Source: Lingula anatina (Eukaryota > Animalia > Brachiopoda). Taken from it: a stretch of 64,000 nucleotides of DNA. Positions 45,301 through 59,293 of this stretch are shown one piece after another; positions within the stretch are counted from its first letter, which is position 1, and every line of letters starts with the position of its first letter. A program made the translations under genes and the position numbers. The notes beneath the pieces were generated by a model. It did not search any database. It was not told the origin of the DNA and saw nothing but the letters and a program-made list of their open reading frames with translations. The stretch lies in assembly GCA_051362555.1 (NCBI GenBank), contig CM120643.1:8866001-8930000 (forward strand), given 5' to 3'.

Positions 45301-48300
45301 GATTGGCCAGTTGTAATTATACTCCCAGGAGTGGTCAATCTTACTAAAACACAGGTTGAGTTTGAAAATAAGCATAATCGGGCCATTACTTAAGAAGTTA
45401 TGCTGTTTTTTCACATTTCCTCAGATTCAATTCTTAGGCATGTTAACAGTCTTATTATTTTACTAATAAGATACATTAAAGTGTTTGTTTGACATTTCCT
45501 GCATCTTTACAACATTGTTAGTAGATTATGTAAAAATGATGGTAAACTTGTTATCATGTATTGTGTAATAAAGTGTCAAAAATGGAAAGAAACTCATATC
45601 ATTGCAGTTTGTCATATTCAATCATCCACTATGTTCAGAATCTCAGAATGGAGGAAATTGGACATTTAACACTGTTCTATTGATACTTTTCCCATCTCAT
45701 CAATTTTCTTAGTTGGACATATAAAAATGGCAGTAAAATGTTTATTTTGTTTTATGTTAAAAAAGTGTTAAAAATGGAAATAAACCCATTTCAGAACAGT
45801 GCTGTCTTGTTTACATTTTGGCATTATCAAGGCGTGACTTTGAAGTTCCATGGGCCTGAAGACCTTTGCTAGTCACATTTTCTGAATATCTGTGATACAA
45901 ATATTTTATAATTAAAAATTGATGGTCATTAAGCTGTTAAACATTATGTAATATTGCATCAAAATTTGAAGAAACCCCCATTTTGGGCACTGCTTCCATG
46001 ATGACCATTTAAGGAAAATCATGTCACTTACTGTTCTCAAACTTACAGGATAGAAACATGGGACTAAAATACAGCTTCAGTAGGCAATGCAGTCTGTTTG
46101 GTTTTTTTTTTTTTTTTTTTTTTTTTTGGCAGTTAAACATTTTTTTGTGAAAATTTAATTTTTCACATATTGGCATTTTCAAGGTGTGACTTTAAAGTTC
46201 CATGATCTTGAAGACTTTTGCTTGTCACATTTTCTGAATGTCCATGTTACTAATATTTTATTAATAACATTTGATTGTCATTATGCTGTTAAACATTATG
46301 TAATGTTGCATCAAAATTTGAAGAAACCCCTATTTTGGGCACTGCTCCTATGATGACCATTTAAGGGAAATCATGTCACTTACTGTTCTCAAACTTACAG
46401 GAAAGAAACATGGGTCTAACATACAGCTTCAATAGGCAACGCAGTCTGTTTGGTAAATTTTTCTGGCAATTTAACAGTTTTTTGTGAAAATTTAATTTTT
46501 CACTTATTTGCATCTTTATTTTCTGTTCTTTGTCTGTACATTTGACAGCTTTGCTGCCTTGTTCACTTTTTTCAGCATATATGCAGCACTGATAACACGA
46601 TAAGTGGAAAACCATTTTACCTTTTGACTTGAAACTTACAAAACTGATGAATATTCATAATACGCAGGTCAAGTTCGAAAATCAGCATGATCGGGTCACT
46701 TTTAGGGAATTTATGCTGTTTTTTCACTTTTTTCAGCATATATGCAGCACCGATAACACGATAAGTGAAAAACCATTTTACCTTTTGGCTTGAAAGTTAC
46801 AGAACTGATGAATATTCATAATATGCAGGTCAAGTTCGAAAATCAGCATGATCGGGTCATTTTTAGGGAATTTATGCTGTTTTTTCACTTTTTTCAGCAT
46901 ATATGCAACCCCGATAACACGATAAGTGGAAAACAGTCCTACCTTTTGGCTTGAAACTTACAAAACTGATTAATATTCATAATACACAGGTCAAGTTCGA
47001 AAATCAGCATGATTGGGTCATTTTTAGGGAATTTATGCTGTTTTTTTCACTATTTTTCAGCATATATGCAGCACCGATAACACCATAAGTGGAAAACCAA
47101 TTTACCTTTTGGCTTGAAACTTGTAGAACTGATAAATATTCATAATACGCAAGTCAAGTTCAAAAATCAGCATGATTCGATTATTGTTAGGGAATTTATG
47201 CTGTTTTTTCACTTTTTTCAGCATATATGCAGCACTGATAACACAATAAGTGGAAAACTGTTTTTTCATTTGGCTTGAAACTTACAGAACTAATGAATAT
47301 TCATAATACGCAGGTCAAGTTTGAAAATCAGCAAGATCGGGCAATTTTTATGGAAGTTTTCTTTTCTTTTTTTTTTTTTTCAATTTTTTCAGCACTTTTA
47401 TAACACCGATAACATGATAAGTGTAAAAATGTTTTTCCTTTCCTTGGATTGAAATTTACAGAACTGGTGAATATTTATTATACGCAGGTCAAGTTTGAAA
47501 ATTGGCATGATTGGACTATTTTTACTAAAGTAATGCTGTTTTTTTCCCTTTATTCAGCATACATGCAACACTGATAATGCATTTTAAGGAAAACCAATCA
47601 GCCTTTTGTCTTGCAACTCACAGGAGTGATCAATCTGACCAGTATACAGATCAAGTTTGAAAATAAGCTTGATCAGTTAAGTTTTGATGAAGTTATTAGC
47701 CTTTTTGTATATAAGTGGTTTTTCTTCAGATTTAATTCTTAAGCATGTTAACAGTCTCATAACGGTACTAATTGGATATGTTAAAGTGTTGTTTTAACAT
47801 TTTCTGCTTCTTAACAATATTGTTAGTTGATTATATAAAAATGAAGGTAAACCTATTATCCTGCATTGTGTAATAAAGTATCAAAAATGGAAAGGAACTC
47901 ATCATTGCAGTTCGTCAGATTCAATCATTCACTATGTTCAGAATCTCCAAATGGAGCTAATTGGACATTATAAATTGTTCTATTGATATTTTTCCTATGT
48001 CAACAATTTTCCTAGTTGATAATTTAAAAATGACAGTTAATTGATGATGGTTTTATGTAAAAAAGGTGTTGAAAATGGAAAGAAAATCATTTCAGTACAG
48101 TTATCTCTTGTTAACATTTTGGCATTTTGAAAGTGTGACCCTAACTTCCATGTCCCTGGAGACCTTTCCATATCACATTTTCTGAATATCCATGATACTT
48201 TTATTTTTTTATAAAAAATTTGATGGTCATTTTGCTGTTAAGTATTATGTTATATTGCATGAAAGTTAAAGAAAACCCTATTTTGGACACTGCTGCCAGG

Positions 48301-50203
48301 ATAGCGATTAAGGGAAAACCATGTTACTTATGATAATCAACCTTACTGAAAAGAGTGAAGTGCAGCTTGTGTTGGAAAACCATCGTAATTGTTTTCTGTT
48401 TTGAAAGCAATGCAGTACAGTGCTATTTGGTGCAATAAATGTATATGGATAGTAGGCAGTTAATTCAGGGTTATAAAATAATTTGCTTAATTGATTTTCA
48501 AGTTATTTCAGGGTTATAAAATAATTTGCTTAATTAATTTTCAAGTGGGTATTAAATGAGATTACATAAAAACACATTGAGATTTCATTGTAAAGTCCCA
48601 TCGGTTTAGCTTTCTTAACTGTGTCACATAATTAGGAATCGATGATTATTATGCAGGTAAATGTTATTTAATATGGAAAATAAGTTTACAAAAAAAAATT
48701 TGTGTAACGCTTACATTAATGCTAAAGATGAATAACAGTGCCTTATTATTCTCAAACTCAATAGGGTTATTCATATCATGTTAGTAATTGTACAGCTAGA
48801 TTAAAAGTTTGAATAGCAGCTTTATTGGTATTTTTTGTTATGTTTTATTTTACATTTTCTTTTAATTTTTTTATGCTGTTTTTTCACTTTTTTCAACATA
48901 TATGCAACATTAATAACACAATATAAGAAAAACAGCTTAGCCAATTGTCATTATACTCACAGGAGTGGTCAATCTTACAAAAATGCAGGTTAAATTCGAA
49001 AATCAGTGTTATCGGGCCATTATTTTAGAAGTTGTACTGTTTTTTCAAATTTCCTCAGATTCAATTCTTAGGCATGTTAACAGTCTCATTATTGAACTAA
49101 TAAGATACGTAAAAGTGTGTGTTTGATATTTCCTGCATCTTTACAACATTGTTAGTTGATTATGTAAAAATGATGGTAAACTTGTTATCATGTATTGTGT
49201 AATCAAGTGTCCAAAACGGAAATAAACTCATATCATTGCAGTTTGTCAGATTCAATCATCCACATCTGCCATGATGACCATGATGGGAAAACCGTGTTCG
49301 TTATGATTGTCAAACTTTCAAAAAAGAAACACAGGACTAAAATGCAGCCCAAGTTGGAAAAGCAGTCTAATGGGCTTCTTTTTCTGGAAGTTATTCATTT
49401 TAGTGAAATATTCATTATCTTTTTGGCATATTCATTGTGGGACTTGGAGCTCCCATGGACATGAAGCCGGATGGTAATCAAATTTTCTACATGTTCATGC
49501 TATTTATAGTCAATAATCAAAAATTGGTGATAATTATTCTATAATTTATTATGTAATGTTACATCAAAATTGACAATAATCTTTTTGCACTGCTACTGCA
49601 AACATTATGAAAAGAAAACTGTGTTATTTATTATTATATTTAACTTAAGAGTATGATTTTTAGGATTGGCATGCAGTTCAAATTAGAAAGCCAGGTCAAT
49701 TGGGTTATCATTTATTATTGAATTTAATGCAATTTTGTGTGAAATTTCATTTTTCTCATTCTGGCACTTTCTAAGTATAAACTTGAACTCTGATGGGCCT
49801 GAAGCCTTATGCTTTTACTCTCATCGGTGTTACCTGTTGTGCAGAATTAAAATTTGATGTTGACTGTGCAGTTAAACATAATGTATTATTGCATCAGAAG
49901 TGGTAGTCTCCTATTTTGTGCATTATTGTTTTGTGCTCTTCTTAAGTTGTGACTTATGGGCCTGAAAGACCTTTGAGAGGGTCAGTCTATAAATTTCCCT
50001 TGGGTATCACTTCGCTAATTTCAGTTATAAAGTAATTTGCCTAATTGATAGGCTACATAAAGCACACTTGTGATTTGAGATTACATAAAGCACACTTGTT
50101 GATATTTCCCTGTAAACTCCCATAGGTTAAGCTCTCTGCTAGATTAATAATAAGGAAGCAGTGATAATTATGCAGGTAAATTTTGTTTAATATTGCAAAT
50201 AAG

Positions 50204-50301
<98 letters not shown>

Positions 50302-53300
50302 AACTGAAAGATTAAAAGTTTGAATAGCAGCTTCATTGGAATTATATTTACCTCTGCCAAGGAGGTTATATTTTCACCCCTGTTTGTCATCAACATAACT
50401 CAAAAAGTTATGGACCGATTTTGCTGAAATTTTCAGGAACTGTCAGAAGTGGGCCAAAGAGGACAAAAATCAATAATAATCAACAATTGCTACCTTGGCA
50501 GAGGTCTGCACTCTCGGAGTGCTTTTCTAGTTTTGTTGTTTTCCTTTATAATTTTTTCTCAAACACTTGCATTTGTGACTTTAAACTCTCATTCGCCTGA
50601 GACTCTGACATTTCTGTTTTTCCACATAAGCAGTTGTATTGTTTTTTATGTCTTTAAACATTATGTTACTTATGTAATATTATTTTATGCACTGTCATCA
50701 TTTTTCAAATATTGAGACTTACATCATGTGAATTTGAACTCTCATGGTCCTGAAACTGTAATCTTATTGAAAGGGTAGATTGAGACCATCTTCTGGGACT
50801 TCCGGAAGACAGTCAGGTTATTAAGTTTATATTGCCTGGTATCTATTTTTTCTTCTGTTGGAAGACCATCAAAATGGAGGATGGATCAAAATAGATACTT
50901 TGGAATACTGTCAGAAAATATCTCTGGGTCCGCTCATGTTATTGACCATTTTACCTGTTGTGCATGATTAAAATTCAGTGTTGACTGACAGTGCTATTAT
51001 AAGCATTATTTATTATTGCATCAAAATTGACAAAATGACCTATTTTGCATCTTTATTTTCTGTTTTTTGTCTGTACATTTGACAGCTTTGCTGCCTTGTT
51101 TTTCTTTCATATGGTCTTAATGTGATGAAAAATTGCAAGCTAAGTTTTCAGGATTTTCAGTTTTTACAACTTTCACCCATGATTGTAATAAATCTATAGC
51201 ATACCTATTTTTCTCTGACTTTGTGTGCTGTGTTAAGTGTTTATTGTAATTAAAATTATTATTCTGCTTTTTAATTTATTTAACAGACAGATTTTTGTGA
51301 AGATTCGTATCTGTTTTAGATATTTCTTTATAGAGAAGTGCTAAGTGCCATGGCAGCCTCAAACTTTGGGTGCAATAACATGTCTGAATAATGTGCTTGC
51401 ATTTATCCTTATGTGAAAAGTTCATTCAGTCAAAATTTTATGTTAAGATATTGTATATAATTAATTAATTTATTGAGCATTAAAATGTGTACACGTACAT
51501 TTTACAAGCTCTCTAAACTACAGTTTTACATAAATTGCGCACATAAGCTTAAATAAGTATAACTACTTTGGATCATTCAAATACCAAAATACATATAAGC
51601 TAACTACTTCATACATATATGCATAATCAGGGCAGAGAAGTACTTTATAGAAGTTGTATTTTATATGATTGTTTATAATAACAGGTAAGTATCTGGAGAA
51701 GTTGTAATATATTCATTTATAATTACAGAGAAGTACCTGGTAAAGGTGTACCAGCCTGGTTGTAAGGGTCAGTCCATTGACCACTATCACTGTCCAGTAT
51801 GTTCCAAAGCCATATGCAAAAAACAAAAACTGCTGGAACATTTGTATAACCATATATTGGAAGGCAAACCAAGACCTGCTCAGGTAAGAAACTGCATTGA
51901 TGTGGTTATTAAAGGGAATCCCCATATCAGATTTTATTATTAATTATTATAATTATTAGAATCCAGTCCTATCACTGTACATGATTACTTAAAGAATTCT
52001 CTGTTTTCTGGAGGATTGGTAGACAACCAGTTGTATATATATGTGTGTATGGATTTGTTCCGTGAATTCCCTGATTTCAAGGGATTTATTTTGACCCAGT
52101 GACATCCCTGCATGTGGTTACTCTGGATTTTTCTGATAACTTAATATTTCATTCACTCTGATAAAATGCCTGGCAGTGTTGAATTTAAATTTTATGATTG
52201 AACATTGTTACTTAAAACTTATTATTATCCGAGTAAACTATGGCTGTATTCAGAACAAGTTGGTCGGAGACTAACATATCCCTGGATCAAATATGGCCAA
52301 CCCACTTGAAAGCTGGCCACATAATCACCTAATAGACACTGAGTAGATTACTCACAGGGATGATGCCTTAAGCTTCCAAGTGGGTCGGTCATATTCGATC
52401 CACGGATCTGTTAGTCTGCAGATCAACTTTGGTTGTGAAGGGTCCTGTAGCTGCTTAACTGCTAACAATCTCATTCCGGTTGTTGAATTATGATTTCTGA
52501 AATTCCATTATCAGGTCTTCAGTACAGTTGCAGCAGTGGTGAGTCCAGAACTGTTAGATTTCATCCCGGGGGACAAGGAGATCTATCTCCAAGAGGTGGC
52601 CGAGAGGACGAGAGTCAACCTGTACTACAACAATGACTGGTGTGTGATGCAGGGGAGTCTGGAGGCGGTCAGGGGCTGTCAGGACTTGCTGGCGAAGTTC
52701 ACTCAAGATGGAGACTCGGATCTGGAGGTTGGTGCACGTTTAATGGAGTCATGTTTTATGGGATAAGGACAGATTGAGGCTGTTTTCTGGGTCTTACAGA
52801 AGATGGTCAAAAATAGAGGATGGATCAACAAAGATAATTTGGAAGACTGTCAGAAAATATCTCTGGATATGCCCCTGCGGATGTTTCTAAAATCTAGATA
52901 TTGCTAAATTTATTTAGATTTGCTAGATTTGTGTGGAGTTTACTGCAAATTTTTGAAGGCTTTATGATTATGCTTTTTAACAAATCAAAATCACTGGAAA
53001 TTGTAGGTTTGGTTTTATTGCAGTCTGATTTATGCAATTTCTACATCTATAATGGAATACGTACTTCCACCTTTTCCAGGAGGAGACTGGTTATCAGGAT
53101 ACAGAAATGAGTGTAGATGGAAATGAGAACCTGGATGATGCTGATGAAGGTGAAGAAGAAGATGATGCTGATGATGCCATGAGTGAGTCTGTGGCATCAT
53201 TTTCTTCCAGCGTCATCACCACACCTTCAAAACCACCACAAGGGGGCAGTGTGACCATCAGCAAGACAACCCATCCAGTAGTGACATCTTTGCTAGCGCT

Positions 53301-55224
53301 GCAAGACAGCCCTGCATCCAGCAGCAAGACAAACCAGTCCAGTGTAAACAGCTCTCCAAGGAGAAGTGGCAGGGTAAGCCATGTCCAGGGAAAGTACCGG
53401 AGCCTGCTCTCAGAACCCACACACACTGAAAGCCCAGACAAAGTTGACCACACGTACCAGACTGTGAGCAAGATGGACATCAGCCCTGAAAGGACGGAAA
53501 AAAATAAAGCGCAGAAAGCAGTAGAAGAGGTGGAAAGAAGCAGTGAGGCGATGCAGGATATGGAAGACTCAAGTATGGGCCACTCAGAAGAGGATCTGAG
53601 TCAGCTTGAAAGGGCTGTGGCCTCGGGGGCATTAATAGAGTCTCAAGCCACAGTGTCAGAAGTTCTCAGCAAGGCCAATCCCATCTTAAGCATCGAGTCC
53701 CAGTCCAACGGGGAAGTGACGCTTTCTCTGAGACTGCCGCCTGTGGAGCACGTTAAACACGAAGTGAAGAAGAAGAGCAAGAACAGTAAACCGTGGGTGA
53801 AGGAGAGACACAAAGCTGGTGGTCATTACGAGTGCCCGACGTGTGGCCGTGTGTTTGCTATGCCTCACTACCTTACAAGACACCTCAACAGGAAGATTTG
53901 TGGAGAAGAGGGGAAGGATAACGCCAAGGTATATAATAATAATAGTAATAATAATAATATTCCTTAAAATCGCAGTTCACTTCTGTCTCAGTGCTGTACA
54001 AATTATATAAATATTTGGGACTTGATTGTCATCAGTAATTTATAAATCAGTTGATTTGTTTCATGTTCTTTCATTTATTTTTTTGTCTGAGGTATGTAAC
54101 TGGGATGTGTTATGGACCTGATTGTAGTAGTAAGTTCAGCTCTCTGTAAGATCACTAGATAAAACATAACTTGTAAAAGCATTGTGGAATTGAATGTGAC
54201 ATGCACATTTAATTGATTATGATTGTATTCCATATTGTAGTTTGGCCCCTGGACAAGGTGCAGTATCTGTGGCCAGCATGCAGAGAGAGATCACCATTAC
54301 AAGTACCACGCAGAGATGACTGTGACCTGTGCTGAATGCGGGGAGTCCATGACTCCCTTGATGTACCAGGACCATCTGATGGAGACGGGGCATAATGGGT
54401 ACAATCGCTACCTGGCACCAGGGTCCGGACCCAGGGGAAAGATGGTGTGCAGTTTGTGTGGTAACGTCTATAATAAGGCCAGCATGAATGATCACATCAA
54501 GCACATCCACATGGGCGTCAGGGACCACACGTGCAACCTCTGCGGAAAGAGTTTTCAGAACAAGTCCGTGTTAAAGAACCATGTGGAAACGCACAAGGAG
54601 GCCGAGGCACGCGACAGGCCACATAAATGCCCCCACTGCCCTGCTGCGTTCTTCAAGCCGATGGTGCTGGCCGAGCACATCAACAGGCACACGGGAGACA
54701 GGCCCTTCAAGTGTGATTTGTGCGATAAAACTTTTGCGTACCGAACCGTCCTGCAGAAGCACAGGTTCACCCATGGCCAGGCAGGCTCTCACCAGTGCGA
54801 TGTGTGCCACAGGAGATACAGGAGCAAACACCACCTGCGGAAGCACAGGGTGATGCATGATGGGAACAGGTACAGGTGCCCCTGCGGCAAAGTGTACACG
54901 AGGAAGATGACGTATTGGAAACACGGGAAGACGTGCCCCATGTACATGAAGAAGCCTCTGACTACGCCCACATCTAGTGCTTCGGTGGATGTTATTGAGG
55001 AAAGCGTGCCACCAGAGACGGAAGCCTCAACTGCATCCATCCTCATAGAAGAAGTGGCAGTGATGGAAGAGGCACAGAAGCAGGAGGGAATTAGTGAGTT
55101 CATGTGTGGACATTGTTATGAAATTTTCCGAACTCTGGACGAGGCACAGGTTCACATAGCCACTCATGCCCAACCTGGTCAGGAAGTAGAGTTTGAGTCT
55201 GTGGACCAGGTGGTGACCTCTTAA
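34011..55224 (+). CDS. Multi-zinc-finger protein (~1240 aa): three bipartite Cys/His modules, KH-like segment, acidic/Ser-rich linker, C2H2 array
   Basis: Exons 34011-34085, 34290-34479, 37757-38121, 38379-38660, 38966-39155, 39655-39848, 40986-41015, 41758-41953, 51729-51883, 52515-52727, 53080-53928, 54241-55224 are phase-compatible (3723 nt). Classical C2H2 fingers with HTGDRPFKC linker in the last exon. Confidence 0.85.
34748..37228 (+). mobile_element. Helentron-associated (HINE-like) element with ~161-bp tandem repeats, copy 1
   Basis: 5' stem-loop TGTACAGACAC-AGAT-GTGTCTGTACA, short (GCCGTT)n microsatellite, tandem monomers, 3' sub-terminal TGTCTGTACA plus hairpin GACAGC-TTT-GCTGCC, in T-runs. 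Confidence 0.8.
41063..41235. mobile_element. Small MITE
   Basis: 14-bp TIR CTGGGGTAGCGCTA / TAGCGCTACCCCAG, CTTCT on both sides. Confidence 0.65.
50206..50299. repeat. (TA)n microsatellite
   Basis: Visible run. Confidence 0.95.
50347..50532 (+). mobile_element. Short non-autonomous Helentron/Helitron-like element
   Basis: Sub-terminal IR ACCTCTGCCAAGG / CCTTGGCAGAGGT, 3' hairpin GCACTC-TCG-GAGTGC, CTAG end followed by T-run. Confidence 0.75.
52245..52445. mobile_element. Palindromic MITE-like element
   Basis: agactaaca...ggatcaaatatggccaacccacttg mirrored by caagtgggtcggtcatattcgatcc...tgttagtct. Confidence 0.6.
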
Positions 55225-55430
55225 TATGGGTGATGGACTATCAGGCAGAGACCGAGCAGAATGTACAGTTTGAGTCTATGGACTGTGTGGTGACCATGTA
55301 ATATTTTGTTATGGACTATCAGGCACAGCCGTAACGTAATTTACCATTTGAGTCTGTGGACTTTGTGCTGACCATGTGATATTTTGTTATGGACTATCAG
55401 GCACAACTAGAACAGATCGTTTACCATTTG
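55192..55430 (+). repeat. 3 x ~78-bp tandem repeat spanning the stop codon of the zinc-finger gene
   Basis: tttgagtct(g/a)tggac...gacc...atggactatcaggca at 55192, 55269 and 55347. Confidence 0.85.
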
Positions 55431-55789
55431 TGTTTATGTTAAACAAGCATTGGTTTTTAATAATGTACATATGTTGTGACATATGTTCATACAGATATCA
55501 CATAATACAATGATTAAGCATGTCCATCTATGTCCAGTCCTGTATTTACACTGTATTATCACTTTATAATTATGATATGACTGTTGAAATTGAAAGTTAG
55601 TTTTGCATTTGCTTCATATATATTCATTAAATAATTTCACCGCAGCAAATAATATAATAAAACAATTATCAGCTTTGGCATTTGGTCAATATGTTGTTTT
55701 GCTGACCTCCAAAAAAATATCACATTTATCTCATATCAGATTATGATTATCAAGCAAATATTTCATTTTGCTAAAAGAGATTATCCCTC

Positions 55790-58700
55790 TTTTTATGTAC
55801 AGACACAGATGTGTCTGTACATATAGCCATCATCTGCGTCTGTCGTCGCCGTCGCCGTCGCCGTGCACTTTTACCGATAACACGATAAGTGGAAAACTGT
55901 TTTTTCTTTTGGCTTGAAACTTACAGAACTGATGAATATTCGTAATACACAGGTCAAGTTCGAAAATCAGTATGATCGGGTCACTTATAGGGAATTTATG
56001 CTGTTTTTTCACTTTTTTCAGCATATATGCAGCACCGATAACACGATAAGTGGAAAACCATTTTATCTTTTGGCTTGAAACTTACAGAACTGATGAATAT
56101 TCATAATACGCAGGTCAAGTTCGAAAATCAGCATGATCGGGTCACTAATAGGGAATTTATGCTGTTTTTTCACTTTTTTCAGCATATATGCAGCACCGAT
56201 AACACGATAAGTGGAAAACCATTTTACCTTTTGGCTTGAAACTTACAGAACTGATGAATATTTATAATATGCAGGTCAAGTTCGAAAATCAGCGTGATTG
56301 GGTCATTTTTAGTGAATTTAGGCTATTTTTTCTCTTTTTTCAGCATATATGCAGCACCGATAACACTATAAATGGAAAACCATTTTACCTTTTGGCTTGA
56401 AACTTACAGAACTGATTAATATACATAATACGCAGGTAAAGTTCGAAAATCAGCATGATTGGGTCATTTTTAGTGAATTTAGGCTATTTTTTCTCTTTTT
56501 TCAGCATATATGCAGCACCGATAACACTATAAATGGAAAACCAATTTGTCTTTTGGCTTGAAACTTACAGAACTGATTAATATACATAATACGCAGGTAA
56601 AGTTCGAAAATCAGCATGATTGGGCCATTCTTAGGGAAGTTATGCTGTTTTTTCACTTCTTTCAACATATATGCAATGCTAATAACACAATATAAGAAAA
56701 ACAGATAGGCCAATTGTCATTATACTCACAGGAGTAGTCAAACTAACTAAAATGCAGGTTGAGTTCCAAAATCAGCATTATCGGGCCATTCTTTTAGAAG
56801 TTATGCTGTTTTTTCACATTTCCTCAGATTCAATTGTTAGGCATATTAACAGTCTCATTATTGAACTAATAAGATACGTAAAAGTGTTTGTTTGACATTT
56901 CCTGCATCTTAATAACATTGTTAGTTGATTATGTAAAAATGATGGTAAACTTGTTATTGTGTATTGTGTTATAAAGTGTCAAAAATGGAAATAAACAAAT
57001 ATCATTGCAGTTTGTCAGATTCAATCATCTGCTATATTCATTATCTCAGAATGGAGGAAATTGGACATTTAACACTGTTCTATTGATATTTTTCCCATCT
57101 CATCAATTTTCTTAGTTGATCATATACAAATGGTAGAAAACTGTTTATTTTGTTTTATGTTAAAAAAGTGTTTTAAAAATGGAAGTAAACCCATTGCAGA
57201 ACAGTGCTGTCTTGTTTTAGCATATATGCAGCACCGATAACATGATAAGTGGAAAACCATTTAACCTTTTCCCTTGAAACTTAAAAAACTGATTAATATT
57301 CATAATACGCAGGTCAAGTTCGAAAATCAGCATGATCGGGTCATTTTTAGGGAAGTTATGCTGTTTTCACTTTTTTCACCATATATGCAACACTGATAAC
57401 ATGATAAGTGAAAAATCATTTTACCTTTTAGCTTGAAACTTGCAGAACTAATGAATATTCATATTACGCAGGTCAAGTTCGAAAATCAGCATGATCGGGT
57501 CATTTTTAGGGTAGTTATGCTGTTTTTTCACTTTTTTCAGCATATATGCAGCACTGATAACACAATAAGTGGAAAACCATTTTACCTTTTGGTTTCAAAC
57601 TTACAGAACTGATGAATATTCATAATACACAGGTCAAGTTTGAAAATCAGTATGATTGGGTCATTTTTAGGGAAGTTATGCTGTTTTTCACTTTTTTCAG
57701 CATATATGCAACACTGATAACATGATTAGTGGAAAACCATTTTACCTTTTGGTTTGAAACTTGCAGAACTAATGAATATTCATAATACGCAGGTCAAGTT
57801 TGAAAATCAGCATCATCGGGTCATTTTTAGGGAAGTAATGCTGTTTTTTCACTTTTTTCAGCATGTATGCAACACCTTTGTGCTATATGATGGTACTGTA
57901 TGGATGACAGTCTATAAAATTGTCCCTTGGGTGATCACTAATTAAATTAAGGTCTTTAAAGTCACTTGCCTACTCATTAATTTTCAATTGGCCATTAAAT
58001 GAGATTACATAAAACACTCGTTGAGATTTCCCTGTAAAGTCCCATAGGTTTAGCTCTCTTAAATGTGTCACAAAATTAGGATTTGGTGATAATTGTGCAG
58101 ATAAATGGTGTTTAACATTGCAAATAAATTTACAACAAAAAGAATGTGTTATGCCAACATGCTATAGATGAATAACAGTGCTTTATTTTTCTCAAACTTG
58201 GTGGGGTTATTAATATCAAGTTAATACAGCTAGATTAAAAGTTTGAATAGCAGCTTTATTGGATTTTTTTCCGTTTTATTTAAAAATTTTTTAAAATTAT
58301 TTTTCAAACACAAGCATCTTCAAGATGTGATTTTATACTCCCATCCACCAGAAGTGCTGTGCATTTTCTGTATTTTTGTATATAATTGTTATTTCTTCAG
58401 ATTTAATTCTTAGGCATGTTAACAGTCTCATTATGGAACTAATAAGATATGTAAAAGTGTTGTTTTGACATTTTCTGCTTCTTAACAATATTGTTGATTA
58501 TATAAAAATGACGGTAAACCTGTTATAATATTGTGCATTGTGTAATAAAATATCATAAATGGAAAGGAACTCATCATTGCAGTTTGTCAGATTTAATCAT
58601 TCACTATGTTCAGCATCTGCAAATGGAGCAAATTGGACATTGAAAATTGTTCTATTGATATTTTTCCTATGTCAACAATTTTCCTAGTTGAACATTTAAA

Positions 58701-59258
58701 AATGACAGTTTATTGATCATTTTGTTTTAAAAAAGGTGTTGAAAATGGAAAGAAAATCATTTCAGTACAGTTATCTCTTGTTTACATTTTGGCATTTTGA
58801 AAGTGTGACTCTGAACTTCCATGGCCTTGAAGACCTTCCCAAATCACATTTTCTGAATATTCATGATACTTTTATTTTTTTATAAAAAATTTGATGGTCA
58901 TTATGCTGTTAAGTATTATGTTTTATTGCATGAAAGTTGAAGAAAACCCTATTTTGGACACTGCTGCCAGGATAGCGATTAAGGGAAAACCATGTTACTT
59001 ACGATACTGAAACTTAGTGAAAAGTTTCATAAGACAGAAGTGTGCAGCTTGTGTTTGAAAACCAGTGTGATTGTTTTCTGTTTTGGAGGCAATGCAGGTT
59101 TATAGAGTGCTATACTGGCATTTTCAAGTTGTGACTTATCACTCCCATCTGCCAGGAGCCCTGTACTCTTACTTTGTAACATTTTCTGTATTTTGTTAAG
59201 TTACAAGAATGATTCTTAGGATTGACATACAGCCCAAAAAAAAAAAAAAAATTAATAA

Positions 59259-59293
<35 letters not shown>

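Larger units (their letters stand above)
42067..51100 (+). mobile_element. HINE-like element, copy 2 (compound, ~9 kb)
   Basis: Same 5' head present twice (~42067, ~42293), ~161-bp arrays, an internal 3' end at ~46530-46562, a ~2.2-kb internal duplication, final 3' end at ~51068-51100. Confidence 0.8.

Noticed and set aside
42540-47500. Regular ~161-bp array as a CRISPR array
   Set aside because: Whole monomers repeat with no unique spacers, there are no cas genes and the context is a eukaryotic intron; it is satellite within a HINE-like element.
53094-55103. Several antisense or alternate-frame ORFs over the last two zinc-finger exons
   Set aside because: Expected shadow ORFs of GC-richer coding sequence.
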